64,000 nucleotides of DNA, from the NCBI RefSeq assembly GCF_009914755.1, contig NC_060925.1. One strand, 5' to 3'. This DNA comes from the human T2T-CHM13v2.0 reference genome, Homo sapiens. Below, piece after piece: positions 1 through 21,390 of this stretch (position 1 is the stretch's first letter; every line of letters starts with the position of its first letter). The translations under genes and the position numbers were made by a program. A model generated the notes under the pieces. The model did no database searches. It was not told where the DNA came from and saw nothing but the letters and a program-made list of their open reading frames with translations.

Positions 1-241
<241 letters not shown>

Positions 242-330
242 TTAGACAGCCTAAGTAAATAAATAGTTACATTATTTTTCATGGATAGATAAACTCAATA
301 TTGGAAATAGGTCAATTCATCCTACATTAA

Positions 331-627
<297 letters not shown>

Positions 628-918
628 TATTGAGCTCATCTTATGTGCCAGCCTCTGTGCTGAATACTTTGACACCTTTTGTTCATTTAATAATCACAAT
701 TTTAAAAGACAATTTATTATTCTGATTTTCAGAAAGATAAAATAAATTGCTCAGCGGGTAAATAAATGAAGGATCTAGCAGTCAGTTCGACTCCGAAATC
801 CTGTTCTTTCTACTGTAGTACATTGAAATGGGGATCAGGGGAGACATGCAAAGATGCTGATGGAGAAAAGCGGTTGATGGGATCACTTGAGGTCAGGAGT
901 TTGAGACCAGCATGGTCA

Positions 919-1102
<184 letters not shown>

Positions 1103-1495
1103 TCAAAAAATAAAAATAAAAAAAGCAGGTGATGGGATGACATGGAGTTTTTGTTTTGCTTTGTTTTGTTTTGTTTTGTTTTTTGCTGCTTCCCTGATAG
1201 GCTATATACTGCTCCCTTCAGCCTCTCCCCGAAACCACAGGCGCCCAAACAATGAGGCCAGGGTTGGAACCCCTGGCCAGCTAGATGATGAGCTGAAGGG
1301 GAGGCAACCTTTAGCCAGCAGACTTGAGACATCTCAGTGTACTCAGGGTCTGCTGGCTAGCAGGCCCAGTGGGGTCTCCAAAGCCCTTCTGTATCCTTAA
1401 TGGTCCTTAAACCCTGGTTGAAGATCCCCCCAGTTGTGTTTACTTAAGCCAGAAGGCTGGGCAATCTCTATATCCTTTCTCCATCGATCATCCTA

Positions 1496-2788
<1,293 letters not shown>

Positions 2789-4200
2789 GTGTGGTGGCAG
2801 GCGCCTGTAATCCAAGCTGCTTGGGAGGCTGAGGCAGGAAAATAACTTGATCCCAGGAGGCAGAGGTTGCAGTGAGCCAAGATCGCGCCACTGCACTCCA
2901 GCCTGGGCAACAGAGGGAGACCCTGTCTCAAAATACATAAGTAAATAAATAAATAAATAAGTTCAGCTCCAAATTGGGGAAATGTGGGGTCCACAGAAAG
3001 AAGTGGTTATAATTACTAGGGGAACAGGGCCCTTTTACTGAGAGAGGAACACATACACCCTCATCAACACAGAGGCACCGACACAGAAAGGAAGAAACAG
3101 AGTCTTGGAGAAAGAGACAGAGGCAGGGTACCCGGAGTCAGGGACAGAGCACACAGACCCAGGGGAGCAGACAGAGGTGCATAGACGATAGATTCCCATT
3201 CGCTCAGATGGAGCCAGAGCAATGCCCGGGCACAGAGAGACCCAGCAGCTGGCAGAACAGAGGAGACGTAGGATAGAATGGTGGCTAGACAGGCGAGGGG
3301 CAGGAGAGGAGGAGCAAGGCAGGGGCCTTCATGGGGATCTGTCTGTCCGTACCAGCCGGGAGGCGTAGCCACCCTGGTGCTGCAGTCCCAGAAAGGTGTC
3401 CAGTCCTTCTCGGATCTGCAGGAAGAGGGCCTCCTTGGGGCCTGGGCATCCCGATGCTTGCAGTCTCCTCCTGAAACACACATCGCCACCACTACCGTCT
3501 GTATCCAGTGGCCAGTGACGGGCACCAGGGAGGAACACTGCCTCGCCTCAGCCCAGCCCTGTTGCTTGCCCCCAGCCCAGCCCTTCCTGTTGGCATAAGC
3601 ACAGCCCAGACCCAAACTGGTCCTACTTTGGGGCTCTGCTTTGCCAGGGCTGCAGAGTTGGCTGTGGGCAAGAGTGGCCCCTGCTGGTCAAAGGGCAGTA
3701 CTGCCTCCAGAAGAAAGCCAGGGTTCAGGGGAAGGCGAACAGCAAGAGCAAGCTGAATTCTCCCTCCTTGCCTGGTTGCTGATGCCAACCTTTGCCCCTG
3801 CTCAGCCAAATAGTGCACTCAGGACTCCCTTCCCTCTCTAACCAAGGGGCAGAATTAATGCCTGACTGTGAAAGGTGGGTGACACTTGAAAGACCCTGAG
3901 ATACAGTTGGTGCCACATAAGGGGGGCCCAGGCATTTGGGCATCTCTGCTTTCAGCCAGCTACCCTTAGGAAGGTGCCATGAGCCCTGCAGGCATTGCTT
4001 CTCATCTGAGTTCCCACCCAAGCCAGTTCAGGGACAAGGCCCAGGGTCCTCTCCCCTCACTGAAACCAGCCAGCCCTGCCCGGGAGCTAGGGAAGGTTGG
4101 TTCACTCACCAGAGCTAAAGGAACTTGTTCAAGGGGACCATTGTCAAAGCAGAGAGACAGTGCCCTTCCATGGCCAGCAGCCCCTACAATGTTCACTCAC

Positions 4201-4410
4201 ACTGAACTCTTCATGCTGACCCCCGGACCTTCTCTTTCTGACTTCCTCTGACTTTGGGGAAGTGGTCAGGGGTTTTCCAAGGGAGGGGGAAGAGATGATC
4301 TCTCTGCTCCAGTCCACCAAGCCTATGCAGAAGTCTGAGCAAGAACAACTGATCTCATGTGGCAATGCGGGACCATGAGTTAATCCAAGACATCCTGGGT
4401 TGTCCTCAGC
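4201..4410 (-). other. Candidate 210-nt exon-like segment
   Basis: Acceptor cttttggttgcag| and donor |GTGAGT; the phase-0 frame is open (AEDNPGCLGLTHG...GQHEEFS). Confidence 0.35.
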
Positions 4411-4959
4411 CTGCAACCAAAAGCCCGGCAAAGGCCTGGCAATGGGGCAGGCCAAATGTCCCAACCGTGAGACCACCTCTCTCAAGAAATCTCTGAAAGT
4501 TCTTTGGGCCTCGGTTTCCTTATCTGTAAAATGAGGAGATTGTGCCATATGCTCTCTGAGTTCCTTTGTGGTTCTATTACACCATTATGTGGTTCTATGA
4601 AACCCACCGTGGGAGGCAGAAGCAAGAAGATCCAGTGTCCTGATACTCCCCCTGACTCCACACCTCCCTCCCACTTCCACCCTCAGTCTTCCCTGAGAGA
4701 AGGAGGTAAGAGCCACTGTGGAGAGGCATATTTTGGAAGGCAGCATCCATCCTCCCCCAAAGGCCCACAAATGGGATTGAGCTCTGGTTCTCCAGGGAAA
4801 GGACTGAGGGCCCAGGTCTCCTTGATTCTTGTTGTTCTTCAGATGGTTGTCTCTTGAGGGAGATGACTAGAGAGTTATCTAGTTCCTTCCCACTTTCCCA
4901 TTTTCTCCAAGGTCTAGGCCTGGAAGGAAGGAGGTACAGGAGGTCCCCTGGGGGCTTAC

Positions 4960-5053
4960 GTATTCAGTGGGCCCTCGAGCTCCCTGCCAGGCCCCCAACT
5001 ATGTCTTCTGAAGACGTCTTTGTTTTCGGCCGTGGGCCCGGAAAGCCCCTGAC
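4960..5053 (-). other. Candidate upstream exon, probably of ARHGEF2, encoding an AKAP13-like FRRHSWGPG motif
   Basis: Acceptor cccctccaaag| and donor |GTAAGC; 94 nt; encodes QGLSGPTAENKDVFRRHSWGPGRELEGPLN; CpG-rich. The ARHGEF2 assignment rests on known 1q22 gene order. Confidence 0.65.
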
Positions 5054-5373
5054 CTTTGGAGGGGTACAGCATGCGAGCCATTCCCCTCCTTTATTTCCCC
5101 ATCTCTTCTTCCTCCAGTTGTTCTCTGGATTCAACTGCAGAAAGGCAGAGGCCAGTGTGGCCTCACGGGCACCTTGTCTCCACCTGCTCAGAACACGTCT
5201 GGGACGGCTCTGTTCGTGGGAGACACACACAGACCAGTCTGCGTCAGCAGGAAATAAGAGTGAGCAGGGTTCTAGAACTCTGAAACCTTGGGACTAGAAG
5301 TGTGTCACAGTCAGCTGGACTTAGGAGTGCCTAGCCACCACTCACTTTACTGAGACACATAACTGGATAATGT

Positions 5374-5472
5374 GTCACATTGTGACACATTGTGACCTCA
5401 GGGTCACATTGTGACACATTGTGACCTCAGGGTCACATTGTGACACATTGTGACCTCAGGGTCACATTGTGA
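5374..5472. repeat. 29-bp minisatellite, ~3.4 identical copies
   Basis: Unit GTCACATTGTGACACATTGTGACCTCAGG starts at 5374, 5403, 5432 and 5461 (partial). Confidence 0.95.
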
Positions 5473-5816
5473 ATTAGCTGCAGACTCAAGGCTAGAACTT
5501 AGGTTTTCTGGATCCCAGTTCAGTGTCCTTTCTAGTACATAAAGAGATCCTCATTGTCTCCTTCTTATTCCATTTACTGAGGACTTATATAGCAGAAAGC
5601 CAAGCAAAGAGAAATAGATATTGTTCCTATCCTCAAGGAATCAGAGTCTAGTGAGTGGGTGAGTGTGTGTGTGTGTGTGTGAACAAGCAAAAGAACAAAT
5701 CACAGATGACTCCATAACTGGCTCACATATGCCAAATGCCACAAGAGAAGTTTCAACAAAAGGCTTTAGGCTGTTAAAGGAGTGAGGGCACGTGACCAGT
5801 TGGGAGACTCAAAAAA

Positions 5817-7708
<1,892 letters not shown>

Positions 7709-8478
7709 ATGATTTCTTCTTCTAAGAGTCTGGTCATATGCAGAGTGAAAGCCAGTCTGACCTCTCTCCATGGTGCAAAGAGAAGGGCTCCAAGCATCAG
7801 CCACAGAGCACACATTTCCTCCACTCTCTCCCAAATGGGCGTTGTTCTCAGTGCCCAACACTCCCGGTTGGCATCATGGCTTGCCTCAGTGTGTCTCAGA
7901 ATTAAGAACCCTCAGGTGCTCTTAAAGTTGAAAATGATAAGCCCCACTCCAGAAAGAAGTGCCAAGTCCCAGAGTACCAGGGGCAGGAAGGGCAGGAAGG
8001 GAAATAGCATTTACTGCATACCTCTGTACACTTCACTCTTAGGCCATGTCTCTCTCGACCTTCTGCTCTAATGAGTCTCCCAGGCTCCCTTTCTCCTGGG
8101 ACCACTTCTAGCTACTTAGACATCAGGAGTGCCCAGAAGGATCAGGAAGCCGGGACCCAAAACCTTCCCTCTTTCAAGGCTTTCTGTGGGGCTGTCAGAC
8201 CTTCTCCAGGTTGTCTTAACCACCCCAGGGAAGTCCAGGTTATCAGTTATTGTCCCTTCAATCTACTTTCCTCCGTCACTGCAATCTGTTCACTGCCCTC
8301 ACCCCACCCAGAGCAGCTGAGAAGAAAGTGCTGCGCCACAGGCTGGGCGCAGTCGCTCACGCCCGTAATCCCAGCACTTTGGGAGGCCAAGGCGGGCAGA
8401 TCACGAGGTCAGGAGTCCGAGACCAGCCTGGCCAATATGGTGAAACCCTGTCTCTACTAAAAATGCAAAAATTAGCTA

Positions 8479-8745
<267 letters not shown>

Positions 8746-9427
8746 CTAAGGAGAGAAAAGGAGAAGCCTAGGAGAGTGGCCATGGCCCTGTGCCCATCTG
8801 TGCTCATCGCGTCTGGGAGCAATGGACAGGGAACCCCTTAGCCAGCCACCAGGAGAGATCCTCTCCCTCCCTGCCTACAAATGGGCCCTGTGCCATCAGG
8901 TATGTTGGGTACAAACAGGATGAGCAGATCTACAGGAAGCAGGTCAGAGCCTAAGGGCCATGGCAGGGTCCCTCCCAACCAGTGGCCTCCAAAGCTGAGA
9001 TTTGGAGGCAGAGGGAGGTTGACAAAAATACTGTGAAAAGCTGGGGTGGAGAGAAGAGTAGGAACTGGAAATATACTAGGAAAAGGGGAACGGGGGCTGG
9101 AAATAGGACAGAAACTGAGAGGCCGTGACGGGGAGGCAGGGACACTGCGTAGATACTGTGAGCTCTGGAATTCAGGGACCTCCCAGAAGAAGAAAGTTGG
9201 TTTGAACTTTACACCCTGTATTCAACCTCTACCTCCTAGCCTTGTCTCAGCTGTGCCCACCCGGTTGAATTCTTCTTCTTCTTTTTTTTTTTTTTGGAGA
9301 GAGGATCTCTCTCCCTCTGTCACCCTCAAGCCTCACTGCAGCCTCCGCCTCCCAGGCTCAAGCAATCCTCCCACATTAGCCTCCTGAGTAGCTAGGACTA
9401 CAGGTGCATGCCACCACATCCAGCTAA

Positions 9428-9742
<315 letters not shown>

Positions 9743-9970
9743 TAAATTTTTTATAGCGATGGGGTCTCACTATGTTGCCTAGCCTGGTCTCAAACTCCTG
9801 GGCCCAGGCGATCCTCCTGCCTCAGCTTCCCGAAGTGCTGGGATTACAGATGTGAGCCACTGCGCCCAGCCTGCAGGGTTGAATTTGGCAAGATGAAGGA
9901 AGTGCAGTGAACTGGAGACCTTTGCTTTTCTTCTGTCTGTGTGGATGTTCCTGCTAGAGATGGTGTCCTG

Positions 9971-10068
9971 TCACCCTGGCCCCATTGACAGGTACCTCAG
10001 ATCTTAAGATCTTTGTGAAACTCACCCTGGCCCCACTGACAGGTACCTCAGATCTTAAGATCTTTGTG
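9971..10068. repeat. 51-bp tandem duplication
   Basis: TCACCCTGGCCCCA(T/C)TGACAGGTACCTCAGATCTTAAGATCTTTGTG at 9971 and 10022. Confidence 0.92.
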
Positions 10069-10834
10069 TAACTGTTCACCCTTCTTCCTCCAGCTCAGAC
10101 CAACTGGAGTCTGACCTCTTCTCAAAGATCTACCCTTTTTCCAGCATCTCTGTCATTTCATTCATGGTCTCTGCCCTCTGTGAAAATGGAATCTGTCTGG
10201 CAGTTTCTCCCTCACATCCTCATCCCCACCCACTAACCCTGCCTATGCTATGATGCCAATACTTTTTATTCTGTCCCTCAAAGAGATGAGGTTTAACAAG
10301 GCTTCCTCAACTCCCTCCTAGCAATATTCCCTCCTCCACTGTCTGAAATTCAAACTGGGGGTCCCATCATCGTGTTGCTTCTTTTTCCATTAGATTAACT
10401 CTCCTAGCCCCCCTCCCATTTTCCCTTAGCCTCTTGAGCTCAGGAAATGGTGCAGGGGAGAGGCCAGGGCTGGGTCTCACACAATGGCTTTATTTAGCCC
10501 TCAAATGAGATCACATCATGTCATATCACTGCTTCCACTGAGCAAAGAGATAGGAGATTCTGAAATAGGTCTGGGATCAGATGCTTGAGATGGGGGAGGG
10601 GAGCTGGGAAAGCAGGAAGGGGCTCTAAGAAGTCATTTTACTTATCTTCCTGCCTCTGGATCAGATGGTCTTCCCACCACTGCAAACCATCAGCGTGTGC
10701 TGTCCCTTCCTCCAAGTGTATAACCTCCACAGATTGCACTGGTCATCAAAGATTTCTTAGACATTCTACTGGGAGCTGGAATGGGAATATATAATATTTT
10801 AATAGAGAGAGACATCTGTTATTCAAAACTCTGA

Positions 10835-13884
<3,050 letters not shown>

Positions 13885-14127
13885 TCATATGATGGTCACC
13901 TACTGTTTTCTCTTAGAGAAAGACAATAAATAACCCATGGGCTGACACTAACATAACTATGATGGCAACAGTTACACACCACTTCTGATGGAAAAGTGTA
14001 TGCAACCAGAGCAAGAAGAGCAAGAAGAAATGAGTGCTTTTCTGTCCTTTGAGACCCTGATGAGCCCTGACAAAGTTGTCCTCTTCAAGGAGAAGAAAGG
14101 GATAGAATGGCCTCTGGAAATTTAAAG

Positions 14128-14365
14128 CAAGGGTTAGCAAACTATAGCCTCTGGGACAAATCTGTCCTGCTATCTTTTTTTAATAGTTGAAAAAAAATAA
14201 AAGAATACTTTGAGACACAATATTATATGAAATTCAAATTTCAGTGCTTGTAAATAAAGTATTTTTGGAACGCAGCCATGCTCAGTCATTTACATATTGT
14301 CTATGGCTGTTTTTGCATTATGACAGCAAAGTTGGTAGTTGCAACAGAGAGCCCACAAAGCCTGA
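14128..14365 (+). mobile_element. MER58-like hAT-Charlie DNA transposon fragment
   Basis: CAAGGGTTAGCAAACTATAGCC start and AAATAAAGT..TTGGAAC.CAGCCATGC..CATTTACATATTGTCTATGGCTG core. Confidence 0.7.
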
Positions 14366-14396
14366 TATATAGATATATCCTGAGTCTGGGATCCTA

Positions 14397-14531
14397 ATAT
14401 ATATGTGTGTGTGTGTCTGTGTGTGTGTGTGTGTATGTGTGTGTGTATGTGTGTGTATATATATATGTGTGTGTGTGTATATATATATATGTGTGTGTGT
14501 ATATATATGTGTGTATGTATATATATATATA
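14397..14531. repeat. Compound (TG)n/(TA)n microsatellite at an Alu tail
   Basis: Visible directly in the sequence. Confidence 0.95.
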
Positions 14532-14544
14532 TTTTTTTTTTTGA

Positions 14545-14763
<219 letters not shown>

Positions 14764-17292
14764 TGATCCATCTGCCTCGGCCTCCCAAAGTGCTGGGATT
14801 ACAGGCATGAGCCACCGTGCCCGGCCATATGTTTGGTTTTTTTTTTTTTTTAGACAGGGTCTCACTCGGTCGCCCAGGCTGGAGTACAGTAGCACGACCT
14901 CTGCTCACTGCAGCCTTGACCTCCCAAGCTCAAGCAATCCTCCCACCTCAGACTCCCAAGGAGCTAGGACTACAGGCACACAACACCACACTGGGATAAT
15001 ATTTGTAATTTTTGTAGAAACAAGGTCTCGCTTTGTTGCCCAGGCTGGTCTTGAACTCCTGACCTCAGGTGATCCACCCCACTTCAGCCTCCCAAAGTGC
15101 TGGGATTACAGGCCACCACACCAGGCCAAGTGGCTAGCTTTGAAAGAAATCCGGCAACATTATTTTTACCCACCTCATTCCTACCTCCCCGACCCCAGCC
15201 AAAGAAAAGCAGCAGCTTCCAAAAGAAATGAGATAGGGGTCCCAAAGAAGTTCAATGTATCCTTTCTGCTCCCTCTGTTAGCTTAGACCTCTGAATGAGG
15301 TGATGGGGCGCAGGCAGGTCTCTGGTTATGTTTGCTGCCAGCAAACACTGAACATAGGGGAGGAACTGCTGACAGTAACCAAACAGCCAGGCGTTGTGGC
15401 CTGGAGGCAATGCTGGCCGGCCCTTTCGCAGACTGAGAAGCTTTCTGAGTCTGGCTCTGGGATCCTAAATCTACCGAGGTGGCCAATATTGGAGAAGACC
15501 CAAGAGAACAGGATAATAAAGACTGAGGTGGAAGGGAGAGGCCAAATGACATGTTGTACTGGCTCTCCTCCAAATCTCCTGGCCCTGGGGGTGGGACACA
15601 GGGTCACAAAAACTCTTCGATGGTTCAAAATTTAACCTAACATTTCTTCTCCTGTAGAAAGTGAACCATTAATCCAGCAGTGCCCTGCAAAGACGGCTAA
15701 AGCAGAGCTTCTCTTCGCCTCAGATAAAGAAGCCAGGAGCTACAATTCCTTCCCACCTGCTCCCTAGATACCCCGTTCCAAGACAGGAGCACCCAAGTCT
15801 CTGACACCCTCCTGCTTCACCCATCCGCCTGACTTGGCTGAACGCTGGTGTCCTGGAACTCATTCTCTTTCTCTGATCTTCCTGTCCACTGCCAGAGAGT
15901 GGTGCCACAATTCCAAAAATGAAAGGAAAGTAAAAGATATAGAGGATCCATTCATTCAGCAAAGATTATTTTAGCACTTTGTAAGTGTCAGGCACAGAAA
16001 AGAGGACCCACAAGGGTCTATGCACAAATACAATGGTGGGACCTGGCTACCATCCCTTAGTGGGGCAGAGGCCAGTATGGGCAAAAGCCATGTGTCCTAT
16101 CAGCTTCCGGGTTGTCTCCTGAGAGGCATTATCATCTGTACTTAGTTCCTGAATTTCAAGGCATCCCCAGCCCCCTAATCTAACCACACACCCCTCTACT
16201 AAGTCAGCCACAGGCATCTCAGACACTCTCCCTAAATCATCCCCATGTCCTTGATGTACTAGGTTCGTAAGTCAGTCAGGAATTTTGCTGCTCTGGGCTT
16301 CCAAGTGTGACCACCTTTTTTTTTTTTTTAATTGGTTAGTAAAGTGAACTTAGGGACCCTGCCCTCTTCCTTTCTGCTGGACCTGTAGCTATATGCTTAT
16401 TCTATCAGGGGCTTGGGACCCAGACTAGCCCTTTATTTATGGCGGATAGAGAAGAAAAGGGTCAAGACCAACCAGTCTTCTTCTACCTCCTGCCAGTTTC
16501 CTGGGCATGTGTTCTGGGTGCTATGCCAGATGGGTGTGGCAAGAGAGGGTCTGAGGGTAAGGACCCAGGAAAGGGAAGAGGGAAACTCACCAGAACTGGG
16601 AGATATCCCAAAGATGGGGGACCTGTTTCTGCTGTCAGTTGGTGACTTCAGTGTGGGAAAAAGTCCTGCTTCAGGTGGCCCCTTTAAGAACCCAGTCCAG
16701 CACTTTGGTGGGGGTCCCCTCTCTCTTGGTCCTTTTAAGGGAGCTGTTCATGGTCCAGAAGTTTGCATAAGAGAAAGGGGGGACTCATTCCAGTCCAGAT
16801 CAGCTGCCTCTTCATCCACTGTAGCCCTTCCTTTCCCCGCCCTACTTCAAACACCCTAAACAGTGCTGTGCCCAGGACCTTAACTCTTTCAGTGCCATTA
16901 CTGATCCCAGGGACTCCTGGGTCCCTCTGTCTTCAGCATTCCTTGAACACAGGGTGGCTACAAAATTCAGACTTGTGTAGAAACAGGTACAAGAAGCCAT
17001 GCTGGGGTCACCCTGAGGAGAGAGTATGTGGGAACCTGACACCCCAGGGAACGTTTACCCTTCCTCCAACAGGGTCAGGGAGAAACTGAGGAGGGGAGAA
17101 AGCGGACATCTCTGGGAAAGAAACAGCTGCAGCTGGAAACCTACTTCACAGCAGGGTCCTCAGGTCAGTGGTGTCCTTTGCCCTCTCAAATTCAGCTACA
17201 AAACTGATTGTCAGCCGGGCATGGTGGCTCATGCCTATAATCCCAGCACTTTGGGAGGCCGAGGCGGGCGGATCACTTGAGGTCAGGAGTTA

Positions 17293-17640
<348 letters not shown>

Positions 17641-17792
17641 CTAGCGTCAGCACCAGGAACAGGGGTGACCAAGCAACTCAGCATATCCGGGGCTCACGGC
17701 TTGTTGTGGATACCAGGCGGCAGGATATTTGACCAGCTCCCCAACTCTCTTCCCAGATAACAGCTTCTGGGGTGGGGCGGGGGCTGACTCAC

Positions 17793-17843
17793 CTTCACTG
17801 CTTTCCCTGGGGCAGAAGACAGCTGGGGCGGACATCGGACTTC
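17793..17843 (-). other. Candidate 51-nt phase-1 upstream exon (probably ARHGEF2)
   Basis: Acceptor ctcccctttacctcag| and consensus donor AAG|GTGAGT; encodes SPMSAPAVFCPRESSE; in frame with the 5053-4960 exon. Confidence 0.5.
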
Positions 17844-18413
17844 CTGAGGTAAAGGGGAGCACTCCTCGCCTCCTGTGGGCTAGTAGAAAGGGCATATTAG
17901 AGCTGGAAGATCTTGGCTGCCTCTGCCAAGTCACTAGTTGCAGGACCTTGTGCCACCTATTTAGCCTCATCCCCTCATCTGTAAAATGCAGATGTTAAAT
18001 GAAACGTGCAAACAGTGGAACATAAATGCTGGGTCCATAATAAATAAATATGCTAGCTGCCACTGGCTGGGCAACCTTGGACAAGCCGCTTCACCCCTTA
18101 TCTTTCCTGATCTATTAAATGAGAGGATCAAATTAGGTAATCTATGGTCTATCCTTGCTCAAAAATTCTCTCTGTCAGTGAGTGGAAGACAGCAGCTGCT
18201 GCTGGATGTAGAACTGTGTGTGCCCTTCCCCACCTGGCTGGACCTCACCCACAAGATGAGAAAGTGACAGTGGTTGTTCCTCATGTTCCTCACTGCATAA
18301 CAACAAAGGGGTAATACCAGCCCTATCGTACTGGTGAGGGGTCCTCAAAAATCCTCCAATTAAACAATTTCATGATTGTGCAGAGGAGGAAACAGGCTCC
18401 AAGAGGGAGAGCT

Positions 18414-18650
18414 ATTTTATATATAATATATATATAATATATAAATATGTATATTTATATATATAAAATATATATTATATAAAAATATATTTTTATATTT
18501 ATATTTTTATATAATATATATTATATATAAATAAATAATATATATTATATATATATTATATATAAATAAATAATATATATTATATATATTATATATAAAT
18601 ATATATAATCTGCCCAAGGTGGGCAGATATATATTATATATATATAATTT
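18414..18650. repeat. AT-rich low-complexity tract
   Basis: Almost entirely A/T, adjoining the tail of a minus-strand Alu fragment. Confidence 0.9.
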
Positions 18651-18954
18651 TTCTTTTCCGTTGAGATAGGGTCTCACTCTGTCACCCAGGCTGGAGTGCT
18701 GTGGCATGATCATGGCTCACTGAAGACTTGAACTCCTGGGCTCAAGCAGTCCTCCTGCCTCAGCCTCCTGAGTAGAAGGGAGCATGATTTACCCAAGGTC
18801 ATACAGCCAGTGAGTGGTGGAGTTGGGGCGGGACCCAGTACTCCTGCCTCTGGCATACGTTGCTTCCCCCACTCTTAGCTGCTCTCTCAAGGGACTAAGC
18901 CTTGGTAACTTCTCATCCTTTCACTGAATCGCTCCATTACTTCCAGCTTTGTAG

Positions 18955-19371
<417 letters not shown>

Positions 19372-20045
19372 TGAGCCGATGCCAGCTGAAAGTCTGCACA
19401 ATGAGGGAGGGCTGGAGGGCTAGTCTCCAGGAGTGGGGACACCTGGAACATGCTGGTGGCTGACCTACTGTCTGTATTGCCTTTTAGGGAGGAGCCTCAG
19501 TTTGGGTACCCAGCCTCCAGGAAGGATGTGGGATCAGTGCTTACTTTCCTCCTCCCTCACAGATCTGCACACAATCCTGAGATCAAGGTTCACACCTCCC
19601 TAGGGTGGTTTTCAGTTAGAGCGGAGGAGTGTTGTCTGCCACTCAGCCTCCTATTAAATTACCTCAAGAAGTTAAGAGGGCTCAATCCTAAAGCCAACTA
19701 TTCCAGCTAAGACTTTCTGTCTATAGATTTTAGAGGCTCTTATATTCTCCAACACCACTACTTAAGGGAGGTTCACATTCCATTCTGACTCCAAGAAAGC
19801 TGATCTCTTAGGAGATGAGGTATCTAGCTTTGGCCTTGTTTCAAGGTGCCTGTGACACCAACTGTCTTCACAATGCTTCTCTTGTCATCTGTGTCAGGCC
19901 TGGGTTTCCCTCCTAGTTGCCTTCTTCATGACAAGGGCCAGGACACAAAGTGCTGAGTTTTGTAAGGGAAAGGTACAATAAAGACGCCCCCAGCTTTTGG
20001 GAAAGGAGCACCTCTCAGAGTTCAGATTAAGGAAGGAATCTTATA

Positions 20046-21065
<1,020 letters not shown>

Positions 21066-21390
21066 TATTATGTTCCAGAGTTATGAAGTTTACCCTATTC
21101 TCTAAGCCAGAACCCCGCCACCACCCCCCACTCCCCCCGCCCATAGGTTAACTCATTACATTTTCCTTGGAGACTACACAGATGGAAAATACCATTTCCT
21201 CCTTCAGAGGCTAACACTCCATAGTCCTGGAGTGCAAAATGATGCATATCAGACTAGTTCCCTTTCCCTTCCCCACACCTGTTCTCAAACCCAAGCCTCT
21301 GACTCATTGGCCTATCCTCCCCATTCTCCTGAGCAAGTCCCAGGTTTCCACCAGGAACACAATGAACAAAAGCAAATATATCCTCCTTGC

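Noticed and set aside
3064-3615. Overlapping ORFs in all three minus frames and one plus frame, with a possible acceptor near 3471
   Set aside because: GC-rich sequence with no recognisable protein and only weak splice signals; I cannot choose a frame.
5374-5472. CRISPR-like appearance of short palindromic direct repeats
   Set aside because: There are no unique spacers and no cas genes, and the context is eukaryotic; it is a tandem minisatellite.
15283-15635. Plus-strand ORF after a possible acceptor; might be an antisense lncRNA exon
   Set aside because: No recognisable product, and a transcript cannot be supported from sequence alone.
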